Positions 25,015 through 37,021 of a DNA stretch of 64,000 bases are shown in pieces (position 1 is the first letter of the stretch; each line of letters begins with the position of its first letter). Made by a program: the position numbers and the translations under genes. Origin of the DNA: Macrostomum lignano (taxonomy: Eukaryota); assembly GCA_002269645.1 (NCBI GenBank), contig NIVC01003157.1, positions 51,999-115,998 on the forward strand, written 5' to 3'. The notes under the pieces were generated by a model. The model was not told the origin of the DNA. It did not search any database and saw nothing but the letters and a program-made list of their open reading frames with translations.

Positions 25015-28000
25015 GAGACTAAACGTAACTTCAGACGACTCAGTGAAAGAAAAGTGGCAACGTCGAGAATCTCGTCATCGAAGCAAGCATCGAAGCCGCT
25101 CAAAGATGAGGACTCGAGCGATGCTAGCAGGCAGCGTATGAGACAGGAGTCCCTGGACGGTTGGAATGCAAGAAAGGCAGCCGAACTCAAGGCGAATCGA
25201 GCCTCATCAGCTCAAAAGAAGCGGGAGAACTGGTGTGTTCCTTATTCCTTGACTTTCTCTGTAATCAAGGAACAATCACTTCTAGCTCTGTAGCTAGGCA
25301 ACCCAGTTATCAGATAAAGGTATCACTTACTTTTAGTTGTATCCTCAGTTGAGTACTCTTCTTAGATCTCGCGGTAGGTCTAGTCACCAGTAGTTCTGGT
25401 CTTAGATGATCCGTAGATCAGGCGCCTTGTCTCTTCTTTGGTTCTGGTCCTGGTTCTTCTTGGACTTCCGATGAAGCTCCTTCCGGCCGGTATCTGCAGT
25501 TAGGACCAATCAGAGGCCTCGTATCAACAATGGGTACCCTGCGCCGAACAGCGGTTTCTCCTTAGCCTTCTCCTTCTAGTAGTGCCTCTATGCACTCTAG
25601 TTAATGCTCCGGTACTCTCTAATAGATCCTCTAAGATCTACTAGGGTAGTCCTTCGGGCGACTACTGCCAATGGAGTCTCAAATGGACTCAAGAGTCTCA
25701 ACAGACTCTAACACTATAACAATAGTGAGTCGACTCAACAACAACTGGCGCAAATGAGAAAGGCTTACCGCAATAACTCGACCGAGTCTCGATTGACTTG
25801 GTGACCAGGAAGTCCTCCTAAGGCTTCCTCTTCGGAGCTTCTCCTATCGTCGGGAGTTGGCTCCGGGTCCGCTTCGGACCACTTGTATTTATAGAGAAAC
25901 AGACCCCTCGGGAGGTCGTTCATCACCTTTTTCGTGAATGTCAAAGGGTCACGATTCGGTGGCTGTCAAGCATGACAGGGTAGAAAGTTAAGCAACTAGT
26001 CTAGTGTAAGCGCGCATGATTGGTTACCGTAGGAGAGCTATTTTTAGATACTTTGATTGGTTCATCCGGGTACAAGCCGAATGATGAATCGTACTGGTAG
26101 GTGGGGTTTGAACTGACAAATGTAGGTTGCACGTGACCAATGATGAATCGCAGATGGGGTTTGTACTGACAATTGTAGGTCACACGTGATTGGTTGGTTG
26201 CTAAAAATAACATGTCCGACTTTTCGCTCGTCTGATTTGTTGACTAAAATATATATGTTATTCAATGCTTATTCTTATACATTCTACTTGTTTCACTACT
26301 ATGTAAGTAGTACGTTAACAATTTTATCACTTTTTGCGGGAGGCAGAATACTCTACAGAACGAAGCTAAACGAAGTGAGGCCGACCAAAAGAAAACCGAG
26401 AAAAGGTCAGGCCGCCTACCAGAGCTGGATACAAGGACTACTTAAGAACACAGGACGTTACACTTGCAAATATTGGCAGAATTCTAAAAGGCCGCTTTGA
26501 ATGCATGTGTCTATGGTTTTAGTGGCCTTTTTGCTATTTGAAGCAATGTGTATATAATACATGAATAGAAATTAAAGCCTAGTGAATAAAGCTTTTTATA
26601 TGCATGTATACCGACAAAATATTTATATTTTCTCCAAAAGGTGATCGTGAACAGGGTGTAGAAGTTTAACAAAAAACGAAGAAATACCCAAAAATAACAA
26701 GAATGACAATATTGACTAAACCCTAAACCCTAAATCTTACTAAACCCTTGTAAAAGGAATTTGCTAACCGGCGAGATATTCTTATAAGTAGCTCGTTGCC
26801 AAGTGCAATATCCAAAAAAGAGTCGAAAATTCTCAGAAACACATTAACTGAACTGTTAACGCAACGCTGTTTGGAGCCGAGAAAGAAGACGTAGCAGAAA
26901 CTAGCATACACAACAAGCCATTCTGGCGGATGACTCAATTTTCCGCGAGACACCAACTTTGTGAACTCACAGCTGTTGTCTGTAGCATATGCCTCGGTGC
27001 TTTTCCCGGACAAATTTTGTTCAAAATGTTGTTGTGTCATAGGCAGTCTGGAACATTGAAAAGATAACTCACATTTCAAATGCACTTTTATTAAATACAC
27101 TTACTGGAAGCAGAAAGCCGTAAGCTACTGGATGGCCAGCCTTGAAAGACAGATGGAGGGTCGATAGGTCGCATGTGACGCCCGGCTTGCTTCATTCTAG
27201 CATCCTCCGGCCAATGCTTGCGGCATACGCCCATGTACGCAGTAGCCTGCTGTAATACGAATCGAGCGATTTAATTTATGCTTCGAGACAAAATGGGGAA
27301 TACCAGAATGCATAAAATGTTATCTTACCTTAGTTGCAACGGGCAAAGCCTTCATGGGCAAAGCTTGTGCAGCCTGGAACGCAACACTTCGTCGGCATCT
27401 TGTATAACTCAATTGATAATTTAATTTGAAGAAAGAAATAAAAGATCCAGAGAACACAATAAAGTGAGCTGTTTGCGATCTTGTCTGCTTGGTGCTCTAA
27501 CGTAGACTTATGGGTTATGAGTATCATGCTACGCTGCGATGCGAATTACTAAGCAAAAAGGCCACTAAAACCATAGACACGTGCGTTCAAAGCGGCCTTT
27601 TAGAATTCTGCCAATATTTGCAAGTGTAACGTCCTGTGTTCTTAAGTAGTCCTTGGCTGGATACAGCAAAAGAGAAAGTCAGGATGGGTAGGAAAATTTT
27701 CCAATCACTTTTCACTTTGCTACGAGCATTTTTCTTCAACTGCGCCATAGACAGTCATCAAAACCGATATTGGTTTGATGAGACTTTCAATGCAATGCAA
27801 TGGATAACGGCGCTCGCCAGACAGTCGTTGTCACGTGCTGCGACCGCTGATTCTTTGCATTGTTTTTCTGAAGATCCTAAAGACAATGCATTGTTTGTAG
27901 TAATGGATTGTTCTGCAATAAAAATGTGAATAATGATCGTCAAATTGCTAGACAATGCAATGCAGAGGCTATGGCAATGCAAGTGTCAATGATGGCTGTC

Positions 28001-29412
28001 TATGACATGAAGCATTTGTCAATGATGGCTGTCTATGGCATGAAGCATTTATCAATGATGGCTGTCTATGGCATGAAGCATTTGTCAATGATGTCAATGA
28101 TGGCTGTCTATGGCATCAAGCATTTGTCAATGATGGCTGTCTATGGCATGAAGCATTTTATCAATGATGGCTGTCTATGGCATGAAGCATTTGTCAATGA
28201 TGTCAATGATGGCTGTCTATGGCATCAAGTATTTGTCAATGATGGCTGTCTATGGCATAAAGCATTTGTCAATGATAGCTGTCTATGGCATGAAGCATTT
28301 GTCAATGATAGCTGTCTATGGCATAAAGCATTTGTCAATGGTGGCTGTCTACGGCATAAAGCATTTGTCAATGGTGGCTGTCTATGGCATGAAGCATTTA
28401 TCAATGATGGCTGTCTATGGCATGAAGCATTTGTCAATGATGGCTGTCTATGGCATGAAGCATTTGTCAATGATAGCTATGGCATGAAGCATTTGTCAAT
28501 GATGGCTGTCTATGGCATGAAGCATTTGTCAATGATGGCTGTCTATGGCATCAAGCATTTGTCAATGATGGCTGTCTATGGCATAAAGCATTTGTCAATG
28601 ATAGCTGTCTATGGCATCAAGCATTTGTCAATGATAGCTGTCTATGGCATAAAGCATTTGTCAATGGTGGCTGTCTATGGCATAAAGCATTTGTCAATGA
28701 TGGCTGTCTATGGCATCAAGCATTTGTCAATGATAGCTGTCTATGGCATGAAGCATTTGTCAATGATGGCTGTCTATGGCATGAAGCATTTGTCAATGAT
28801 GGCTGTCTATGGCATCAAGCATTTGTCAATGATAGCTGTCTATGGCATGAAGCATTTATCAATGATGGCTGTCTATGGCATGAAGCATTTGTCAATGGTG
28901 GCTGTCTATGGCAAAGCGAGTAAATTGTGACTGTACTTGACATTATTTTCACTGTGTAGAGCAAAACAAAGAACACGCAGACAGCCGATAATGGACAGGA
29001 AGAGGCTGAAAAAAAGAAGGCTGCCAACGAAGCCGCAATAGAAAAGTGGCGCAGCGAGAAGACTACCCAGCAGATCGAGCAGCGCAGAATTAGGCTGGCA
29101 CAAGAGAGCGAAGCAAAGGCAGAAAAAGAGGCAGAAGAGGAGGACCGGAGATCGCTCAGCGCAAGCAAACGCGATGCCTGGGAGAAGAGAAAAAAGCAGG
29201 AGTTGCAGCGGAAGCGCCAGTCAAGACTGGAGGCGGAGCAGCTGGCTGCAGAAGAAAAGCGCCAGGCTGAAGAACGAAAGCGAGAATCAGCCCGATTGCG
29301 CCACGAGGAGTGGTGTGCGAAAAAGGATGATCGCGAAGAGGAGTCTGCAAAGTCGAAAGGGCAACGCGTGATGGTGCCCTGGCGACCTAATACTACTGTC
29401 AGGAGAAAATGA
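25015..29412 (+). CDS. Charged coiled-coil protein gene with repeated W-x3-K motifs (CCDC34/CCDC181/MAP9-like); one exon interrupted by a P-type element
   Basis: Exon-like blocks ~25015-25232 (DGWNARK), ~26350-26431 plus 27664-27690 (AAYQSWIQQKRK) and 28960-29412 (AAIEKW, RDAWEKRK, HEEWCAKK, stop). The exact exon structure is uncertain. Confidence 0.55.
25260..26212 (-). mobile_element. Probable solo LTR
   Basis: On the minus strand: a TGTTA start, duplicated ~60-bp blocks with CCAAT boxes, CTATAAATAC (TATA) at ~25890, and a ...TACA end. No convincing TSD was found. Confidence 0.4.
26432..27655. mobile_element. Non-autonomous P-element-superfamily DNA transposon, 1224 bp
   Basis: 104-bp TIRs starting CAAGGACTAC with 2 mismatches; perfect 8-bp TSD GCTGGATA (26424-26431 and 27656-27663); internal THAP-domain start MPTKCCVPGC on the minus strand. 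Confidence 0.92.
27984..28913. repeat. 33-bp minisatellite (about 28 copies)
   Basis: Unit ATGATGGCTGTCTATGGCATGAAGCATTTGTCA. Confidence 0.97.
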
Positions 29413-30864
29413 GAATGGCTACTGGCAGTAAGAGCTTCCACTTCTCGCTGAGTAGCACTGCTCAAAATTAAACTTGTTGATAATACTGATGCCAAGATAT
29501 TAGCTCCTATACAAAGGAAAATCATTCACTGTTATAATGCTTTACCAGAGAAAAACGTTAAAAACTTCACCAAAACTGTCAACCTTGGGATACATGACCA
29601 GCAAGTAGCTGTCTTCATGTACGCTCGTATGTATCTAGAATCAACAAAAAAATGTCGTTAGAAGTACCACAGAAGCATGCGCAACTCATGATTTTTATTT
29701 TCTTGATCTGGATTTTTAACAAAAGCTTCACAAACATACACTCGCGTACAATAAAGTCTGTTCTGATTAATTATTGGAATCAAAAAGGTGTTTAACTAAA
29801 GGTGTTTAGAGAATAAAATTTTATTTTACTACACCTACTTAGAATATTTTTTAAAACTCATAAAAACGAATTTCAGCTCATTCTGAAATAAGAATCCCGT
29901 CGGCGGCTCGAACAAACTCATAAATTTTAGAATTGCATGTCTTCAAAAATGATACAGTTGATGTACACAGCAGATGTGTCCAACTTGAGACACCGTAGGA
30001 CCGTAGTTAGTACAACAGCAAAATGAAAACCAATGAAAATAGAATCAGAAAAATACCTTAGTGCGTCCAAAAAGTTCTTAGCACCCCTCCTATCTCTGCA
30101 TCTGTTCAATCGATTTTTATAAAAATTTACACAAACATGGACCAATATGTAATGAGTTCAGTGCTTAAGTTTCAGATTAATTGGGTTGACAGAGCAAAAG
30201 CAATCGATCATTTGCTGAGGAACCTACGAAATTAGCAATTTTATTAGCCATTTTAGTAGCCATATAAATACGCTACGATTTTCCCCAACTTTGGGATCTT
30301 GGACGCTCTGGTTCTCTTGCTAGAACTCGATCTCAACTACTCGTATAAGCGTTAGGTAAGAATTATTCCGAAATTTTCCAAATTGAGTTGAGTTAGTCAA
30401 TTGAGAGAAAGAGGAAAGCCGTATTGGCAGTGAGACAAGTTATTGAGCAATAACTTCGTGATAGTAGTAGTAAATTACAGAATTTAAAGTCATTAGAGAA
30501 AAGTAAAGCGTCACAACCAGCCTTGACGCTAGACTTAGTAAACAAGCAGCGTATTGGAATCTAAAAAACAGCTTAATCAGTGCCCTACAGCTCGGGCACC
30601 AAAACAGCTACCAAGAAAATTCTCTGCTATGCGAGGAGGTCTGAAAGGTTATAACAAAATTAATTCATAGAAACGAGCTAGTATTGTTATTACTTGTTAC
30701 GCTCGTATTTGCAGTGACAAAAATGAAGAGAGATCTCGTAGATTTGTATGCGACTAAAGTACACGATACAACAAATCATCTACTCAACTCAATGAGTGAA
30801 TTAATTATTGAAAAATTTAGCATTACTCCATAAGCGTTACTGAATGTGCACTTGCTCAATAAAA

Positions 30865-33154
30865 TCAGCCAGAAGCAACTGTTGGGTTGAGAAAAAACGG
30901 CTTAGACAGCGTCGATACAAACTTCAGGTTGCTGTCTCCTGCCGTGGCTGTCATACCAACCAGCTCAGCAATGCTGCACTCGGTGTGTCGCTTGTCAATT
31001 AGTGAGAGCATCTCCTGCATCGGCGAAGGCCTTCGAGTTCCGCTGTAGCTGACAACTAAGAAGTCCGCGTCCTTTATTTTCAGAATAGTCTCGGCCGTTG
31101 AGCCCGCTAAATTCGCCAGGGTGTGAAAGAAGAAGAGCTTCGGCTTGCCCCGCAGACCGCGACACTGGTTCGGCTTGAACCTGCCGATGATGTCCCCGAG
31201 CTCCAGCTGCTCGCCATCGCTGGTGCAGATCGCGCCATCGGTGCCAGCTTTGGCTGCTAGAACGCAGCACACGAAGCATTGGTGATCCGAGAGCTCCTGG
31301 CTGAAGGCTGTCTGGTTGAGCGCGTCAACCAACTCGTCGCACGTGGGGTCCATAGGAACTTTGACGGTGAATCTCAGTCTAGCGAAGACAGTTTGCGCCA
31401 GACTGACGTCCGCGAGGAGACTTGGCTCGTCACCGCCGATGCAGAACAGCAGGCAGGCACCCTGCGGTGGAGCTGCTTCATAAACCGGCTCCACACACAG
31501 CGCTGCTGGCTGGTTCTCAGCATCCTCAGCTGCGACAGGTGAGGTATCAGGTTCGCTGCAAGAATAGGCAAGGCAAATCTACATCAATTTTCATAAAATG
31601 CTTGTTTACGTGAGTGTCAGCACGCATTCAATGTTCGATGAATTTGTACGAGTACTTTCAAGATATTGATTTGTTTTGAATCATCTAATGTAGATTTAGA
31701 GTTTCTAGTATCGACTAGCTCTATTAAACCAAGTTCACCAAAATCTGATCTGCTTACGTATTGAGCAGAAACTCGTGCCGCAGCAATTCTGCAGCTGACT
31801 TTCTCAGTCTGCGGTTTTGGGCAACGCAGTCTGCATAGAAATTAACCAGCTTCCTGCTGACTGGACGAGTCAGCTTTGGGGCACCCTGTAAGCTCAGGCA
31901 GTTGGCCAGGGCCAGCATATTCGAGCAATGGCCGTGTGGCAAAGTGCCTGTAACCATTTGATAAACTGTGCAGCCCATCGCCCAGACGTCTGACTCTGGG
32001 CTGTATTTCACAGTGTCCGATTCATCTGCTCCCAACAGCTCGGGTGCCAGAAAGTACAGCGTTCCCTTCGGAGTTGGAGTATAGGCTGATACGTGGCTGA
32101 CCGACCGGTTCAGCTGCACAGAAAGGCCGAAGTCGATCAGTTTGATTTCACTGTCCCCTCTGAGTACGATGATATTGTTGCAATTGATGTCTCTGTGCAG
32201 CACCGGTGGCTTTCTGCTGTGCATGTAGCTGAGAGCACTGCAAATCTGTTTGGAACAAGCCGTGGGTTATTCACCATGTTTGCAGGCGAGAAATATTAGT
32301 TCGTAGAAGCAGAAAGAGAAGACAAAGTGCATTAGAGACTTTTCGGTGATTAGTGCTCTTCCGTATAACGAAATTTCGAATCGGATAGACTAGACGTCTT
32401 CAAAACTTTTTTGTAATCGTAGGAACGTCCATGAGACGTTTCATTTGTGATCCTCCAAGAAGCTTGTTTCGAAAAAATGGTGAATCAATAATAAATATTA
32501 ATAGAAACATTATTTATTTACTATTAATTTTACTCGTAGAACTACGACCTAAAAATAACGTATTGGATACGTCTAACTTTCCATTGGATAAATAGTTTTG
32601 TTACGTATTTATTGACATTAGTTCACCTCACTCTGTAAGACTCATTGCGGACACAATGAAGTTTGCAGCTTGGATAAGAAGCATATCTACGTAATCTTGA
32701 ATTCTGAATTTGGAATTCGGATTTCAAAGAAAAATAACATAAAATATGGGCATTCACAGCACTTTACCTGACCCGTGAAGCGTTGAATAAATAGTTCGTC
32801 CAGCGGTTTACCATTAATGAATTTTATCAGAGACTGACCGTCTAAGAGCTCCATGAATAGCACGACCGTGAAGGGTTCCGAGTAGCAGATCTCGATGAAC
32901 TTGACAATATTCCTGTGCCTGAGAAAGCAGAGATTCCGCTCGCCCTGCACAATGGTGTCGATATTGGATATCAGGTCGCTTTGTGCGTTCCCTCCTTGCA
33001 TGGGCAGTTTGATGGTCTTGACTGCGCACTTCACCCCTCGGTCTGTCTCTACCTCGTGAACTTCGCCAATTCCGCCCCTGCCCAGCAGACGAATGCATGT
33101 CCAGGTCTTGAGGAATGGTGAGCATAGAGATCTGAAGCCATGATTTAGGGACAA
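30865..33154 (-). CDS. Ser/Thr kinase (MAP3K/STE11-like) fused to a C-terminal catalytically dead caspase domain, 3 exons, about 520 aa
   Basis: Exons ~33141/33154-32768, 32245-31758 and 31555-30865, joined by GT-AG introns of matching phase (0 and 2). Kinase motifs GRGGIG, CAVK, HRDINCNN, DFG, APE, SDVWAMG. Caspase-fold motifs HQCFVCCVL and GKPKLFFF lack the catalytic His and Cys. The start codon is unresolved: the ORF track begins at TTG, and ATG 33141 needs one added C. Confidence 0.85.
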
Positions 33155-33469
33155 TATATGCTTGTATGTATATACTTTGGTTACTGCGACTGCGCGTACT
33201 TGTTCTACGAACAGTTATTTTACTGTTATTGTAGGAAAAACTGTATTTTTAATGCCTTTAGTAAATTCAAGTGTAACTTACGATAGCTCAATTCGTTCTT
33301 CAAAAAAATTCCTATAAGATGCCGGAGTAAAAATTGGGAGTTGAAGCGAGCGCCGAGTCAGATAGCTGAAAGAACGGAGAAGTTTCGGTTTCTGTCACTG
33401 AAATTGCAGCTAAGCATATATGGGATAATATGAAGCTGCCTGTACGTAGTTGCAAAAGCACTGGATCTT

Positions 33470-34625
33470 CCCGCACGGTTTTCAATCGAAGGGTTTTCCC
33501 GCAGGGTTTTCAATCGAAGGGTTTTCCCGCAGGCTTTTTCCGCAGGGTTTTCAATCGAAGGGTTTTCCCGCAGGCTTTTTCCGCAGGGTTTTCAATCGAA
33601 GGGTTTTCCCGCAGGTTTTTTCCGCAGGGTTTTCAATCGAAGGGTTTTCCCGCAGGTTTTTTCCGCAGGGTTTTCAATCGAAGGGTTTTCCCGCAGGCTT
33701 TTTCCGCAGGGTTTTCAATCGAAGGGTTTTCCCGCAGGTTTTTTCCGCAGGGTTTTCAATCGAAGGGTTTTCCCGCAGGGTTTTTCCGCAGGGTTTTCAA
33801 TCGAAGGGTTTTCCCGCAGGGTTTTTCCGCAGGGTTTTCAATCGAAGGGTTTTCCCGCAGGCTTTTTCCGCAGGGTTTTCAATCGAAGGGTTTTCCCGCA
33901 GGGTTTTCCCGCAGGGTTTTCCCGCAGGGTTTTCCCGCAGGGTTTTCCCGCTGGGTTTTCCCGCTGGGTTTTCCCGCTGGGTTTTCCGGCAGGGTTTTCC
34001 CGCAGGGTTTTCAATCGAAGGGTTTTCCCGCAGGGTTTTCAATCGAAGGGTTTTCCCGCAGGGTTTTCAATTGAAGGGTTTTCCCGCAGGCTTTTTCCGC
34101 AGGGTTTTCAATCGAAGGGTTTTCCCGCAGGGTTTTCCCGCAGGGTTTTCCCGCTGGGTTTTCCCGCTGGGTTTTCCCGCTGGGTTTTCCCGCTGGGTTT
34201 TCCGGCAGGGTTTTCCCGCAGGGTTTTCCCGCAGGGTTTTCCCGCAGGGTTTTCCCGCAGGGTTTTCCCGCAGGGTTTTCCCGCAGGGTTTTCCCGCAGG
34301 GTTTTCCCGCAGGGTTTTCCCGCAGGGTTTTCCCGCAGGGTTTTCCCGCAGGGTTTTCCCGCAGGGTTTTCCCGCAGGGTTTTCCCGCAGGGTTTTCCCG
34401 CAGGGTTTTCCCGCAGGGTTTTCCCGCAGGGTTTTCCCGCAGGGTTTTCCCGCAGGGTTTTCCCGCAGGGTTTTCCCGCAGGGTTTTCCCGCAGGGTTTT
34501 CCCGCAGGGTTTTCCCGCAGGGTTTTCCCGCAGGGTTTTCCCGCAGGGTTTTCCCGCAGGGTTTTCCCGCAGGGTTTTCCCGCAGGGTTTTCCCGCAGGG
34601 TTTTCCCGCAAGGTTTTCCCGCAAG
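33470..34625. repeat. Array of 13-bp GGGTTTTCCCGCA units plus a 41-bp higher-order variant
   Basis: Directly visible; 41-bp compound units on the left and a pure 13-mer on the right. Confidence 0.97.
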
Positions 34626-34851
34626 AAAAAGCTCGTTGTGAATTTTCATGCAAAAGTTCGCATTCGTCACGAGACTAGTTACATATGTAGTTCATCTCGT
34701 GATTGTGTGGGAAGCCATACTGCGATTTATTGCCAGATGTAGCGCTTTGGACAGCTTTAAAAAACGCTCAGTGGGGAAACATTTGGAAAATCGCAGCTGC
34801 AAAACCTTGGGCAGTAAAGACGAATCAGGAAAATAGTGGGAGGAAGCTGGT

Positions 34852-35493
34852 CTAAAAAATCTCAGTGGGGAAATCTCGGTGGGGGAATACTGCCGCTGGG
34901 AAAATCTCAACTGTCCGTAGTAATAGGGGTTGAATAGGTAAATGAAATTGAAGAGTTTTAGCAGGCCACCTGGAGAGCAGAGCGCTGGTCTCGCGGCACC
35001 CGAGTCCGTCAGCCAAATCCAGCGCATCATCGCCGTAGCAGTTCTGCCGCGTCCAGTCGGCTCCGAGCCGCAGCAGCTGCTCCACAACCTGCGGCCGCCT
35101 CACTGCGAGCATCAGCGGGGTCTGGTGCAGGCTGTTCAGGCTGTTGACAGAGGCCCCAGCCGCTATCAGAGCCTCGCAGTCGGCTGGCGAGCCCAGACCA
35201 GCAGCAGCCTTGTGCAGGCACGAGTTGCCCAGCACATCGACCGCTGTGACATCCGAGAGTTCAATGAGTCGCTGGCGGATGCTTGCATGGAGTTCTGGGT
35301 CGATACCGGTGTCGCACACTTCCACAAAATCCATCAGCACCGTGGAGCCAGTGCTGGATGGAATGTCGCAGTTGCTGCAGCTTGCCAGCCTTTGAAACTC
35401 TTCCACATCGCCCCTCATCGCTGCGCATATCAAAGTCCTTCGCAGTGCCTTTTCCTGCGGATCGTGAGCGGGGATGGCAGCAGTGAATCGCAT
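34852..35493 (-). CDS. Ankyrin-repeat protein (intronless ORF; last ~25 aa may derive from a repeat)
   Basis: GSTVLM, GNSCLHKAA, GASVNSLNSLHQTPLMLAV, LLRLGAD and GDDALDLA repeats. Confidence 0.85.
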   Translation of the reverse strand: MRFTAAIPAHDPQEKALRRTLICAAMRGDVEEFQRLASCSNCDIPSSTGSTVLMDFVEVCDTGIDPELHASIRQRLIELSDVTAVDVLGNSCLHKAAAGLGSPADCEALIAAGASVNSLNSLHQTPLMLAVRRPQVVEQLLRLGADWTRQNCYGDDALDLADGLGCRETSALLSRWPAKTLQFHLPIQPLLLRTVEIFPAAVFPHRDFPTEIF

Positions 35494-36237
35494 GATAACA
35501 GAAGTTCGTCCCTTCACGAGCGTAGAATGATCATGACGGGAAATACATTAAAACCGACGAGGAGTTCTCTTTTTTCGGCTCAAAAATAGTGATAGCTTTT
35601 TATTGACAGTTCGAATGCTCATTGTTTAATTAGTACTTCAATATAACATCCATGTCTTATTGCTCAATCGATTCCTACAAAGCTTTATTTGCAGGAATTA
35701 GCAATTTATCTACATGTATATTTTTTATAGTTTTGTGCATACGCCGAAATAACCAAGTAGTCTAAAAATGACAACAGTGGCCTTTTATTTGGTTCCTCGT
35801 TTGGTTATTCTTTATCAATTCAATTATTTATAATAAGCGCAACTTATGCATTAAGAACTGTAAAGAACTACAGTACGTACACTTGTGTCTTTTTACTAGC
35901 AAAACTAGCGTGAAGTTTTATTAAAATGAAAGATGTTGAGTCCAATTTTTCCTGAAAATTTTGACAACAATATTGCTTAACAGTAAGAAGAAATTAAATC
36001 AAAGCTTCTTTGTTATTTTGGAAATTTTTGGCTCGGAACATATTTATCGAATAATAGGAAAAATGTATGTATGAGATATGTATGCATGTCAGCATGCACT
36101 AAAAGATAGCTTTTTAATCTGCTCGTATTTGTGTTGACTTTGGATTTTTAAAAACTCCGTAGAGTCTTTTTCGCGCAGGTCAAACCAGCCTCTAAATAAC
36201 GAGCTTTCTGAAAAACGAGATTTCCTAGAAAGCCGTT

Positions 36238-37021
36238 CTACTCATTCCACTCATCCACCATAAGTCGTCTACTATTCCTGACAGTCAAAGACGTTGCAAA
36301 CCCAACTTCAACTTGCAAACATGTTAAGTAGGCTGGAATAAATATTATGAAAAAGTGTCTTACCATCTCCGTGAGACCAGTGACGGTCAGGGTGAGGTAT
36401 CCAGATGTAACCAAGCGAGTTTCACTAAAACAAAAAAAGTTTTCCAGGTATAGGAACAATTGGCAATGAAAAATGCTTTTTAGTCCATCCTCTTACCGTT
36501 CGATGAATTCAGCAAAACCAGATCTGCTCTCCTTCCGAGCGAGACTCAAAATGCTCTTGCTCTCTCCGTTGAGTATCTTTTTCTTATCACTGCTTCGATC
36601 TCGCAGGCGCAGCAGGTGCAGGAGATGCTTCGCGCACCGCCAGCTTCCGCTCCTGACCGCCTCCGTCAGAGGTGAGCCGCCCTCCACATTCTGAAGCCAC
36701 TTCGCGTCGAACGGCAGCAGTGCCAGCAGCCGCACATTGTCCCGCCTGGCCGCAAAATGAGCAGCCGTGTCGCCACCTGCTGTGGTCTCGAACGGGTCGG
36801 CGCCGAGGTGTAGCAAGTACTCGATGCACTTTGCCGACTGCCAGGGGCTTGGAAATTCGGTGTCAGCAGTCAGCATGAGAACTGTCCGACCATTTTGATC
36901 TTTACACGTCACCAGTTCAGGCGTGGCCAGTGAGCGAATCTGGTCGAAGTCGCCTTGAAAAGCTAGTCGAGCGATTTGCTGTGAAACAGGCAAGTATTCT
37001 GTATTACTCGAAAATGGCCAT
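36238..37021 (-). CDS. Ankyrin-repeat protein; main exon 36493-37021 plus a short downstream exon
   Basis: DQNGRTVLM, LLHLGADP, GDTAAHFAA and GSPLTEAV repeats; GTAAGA donor after FIER; ATG 37021 needs removal of one T in a T-run. The 3' end is uncertain. Confidence 0.8.

Noticed and set aside
27908-28930. 340-aa MMAVYGMKHLS ORF
   Set aside because: Translation of the 33-bp minisatellite.
33430-34742. Several 180-430-aa ORFs (FPQGFPAGFSRRV / GKTLRENPAGKPC)
   Set aside because: Open on both strands because the 13-bp repeat lacks stops.
34852-37021. Ankyrin ORFs as upstream exons of the kinase-caspase gene
   Set aside because: Each has its own plausible start and stop, and I found no phase-compatible strong donor/acceptor pair; not fully excluded without cDNA.
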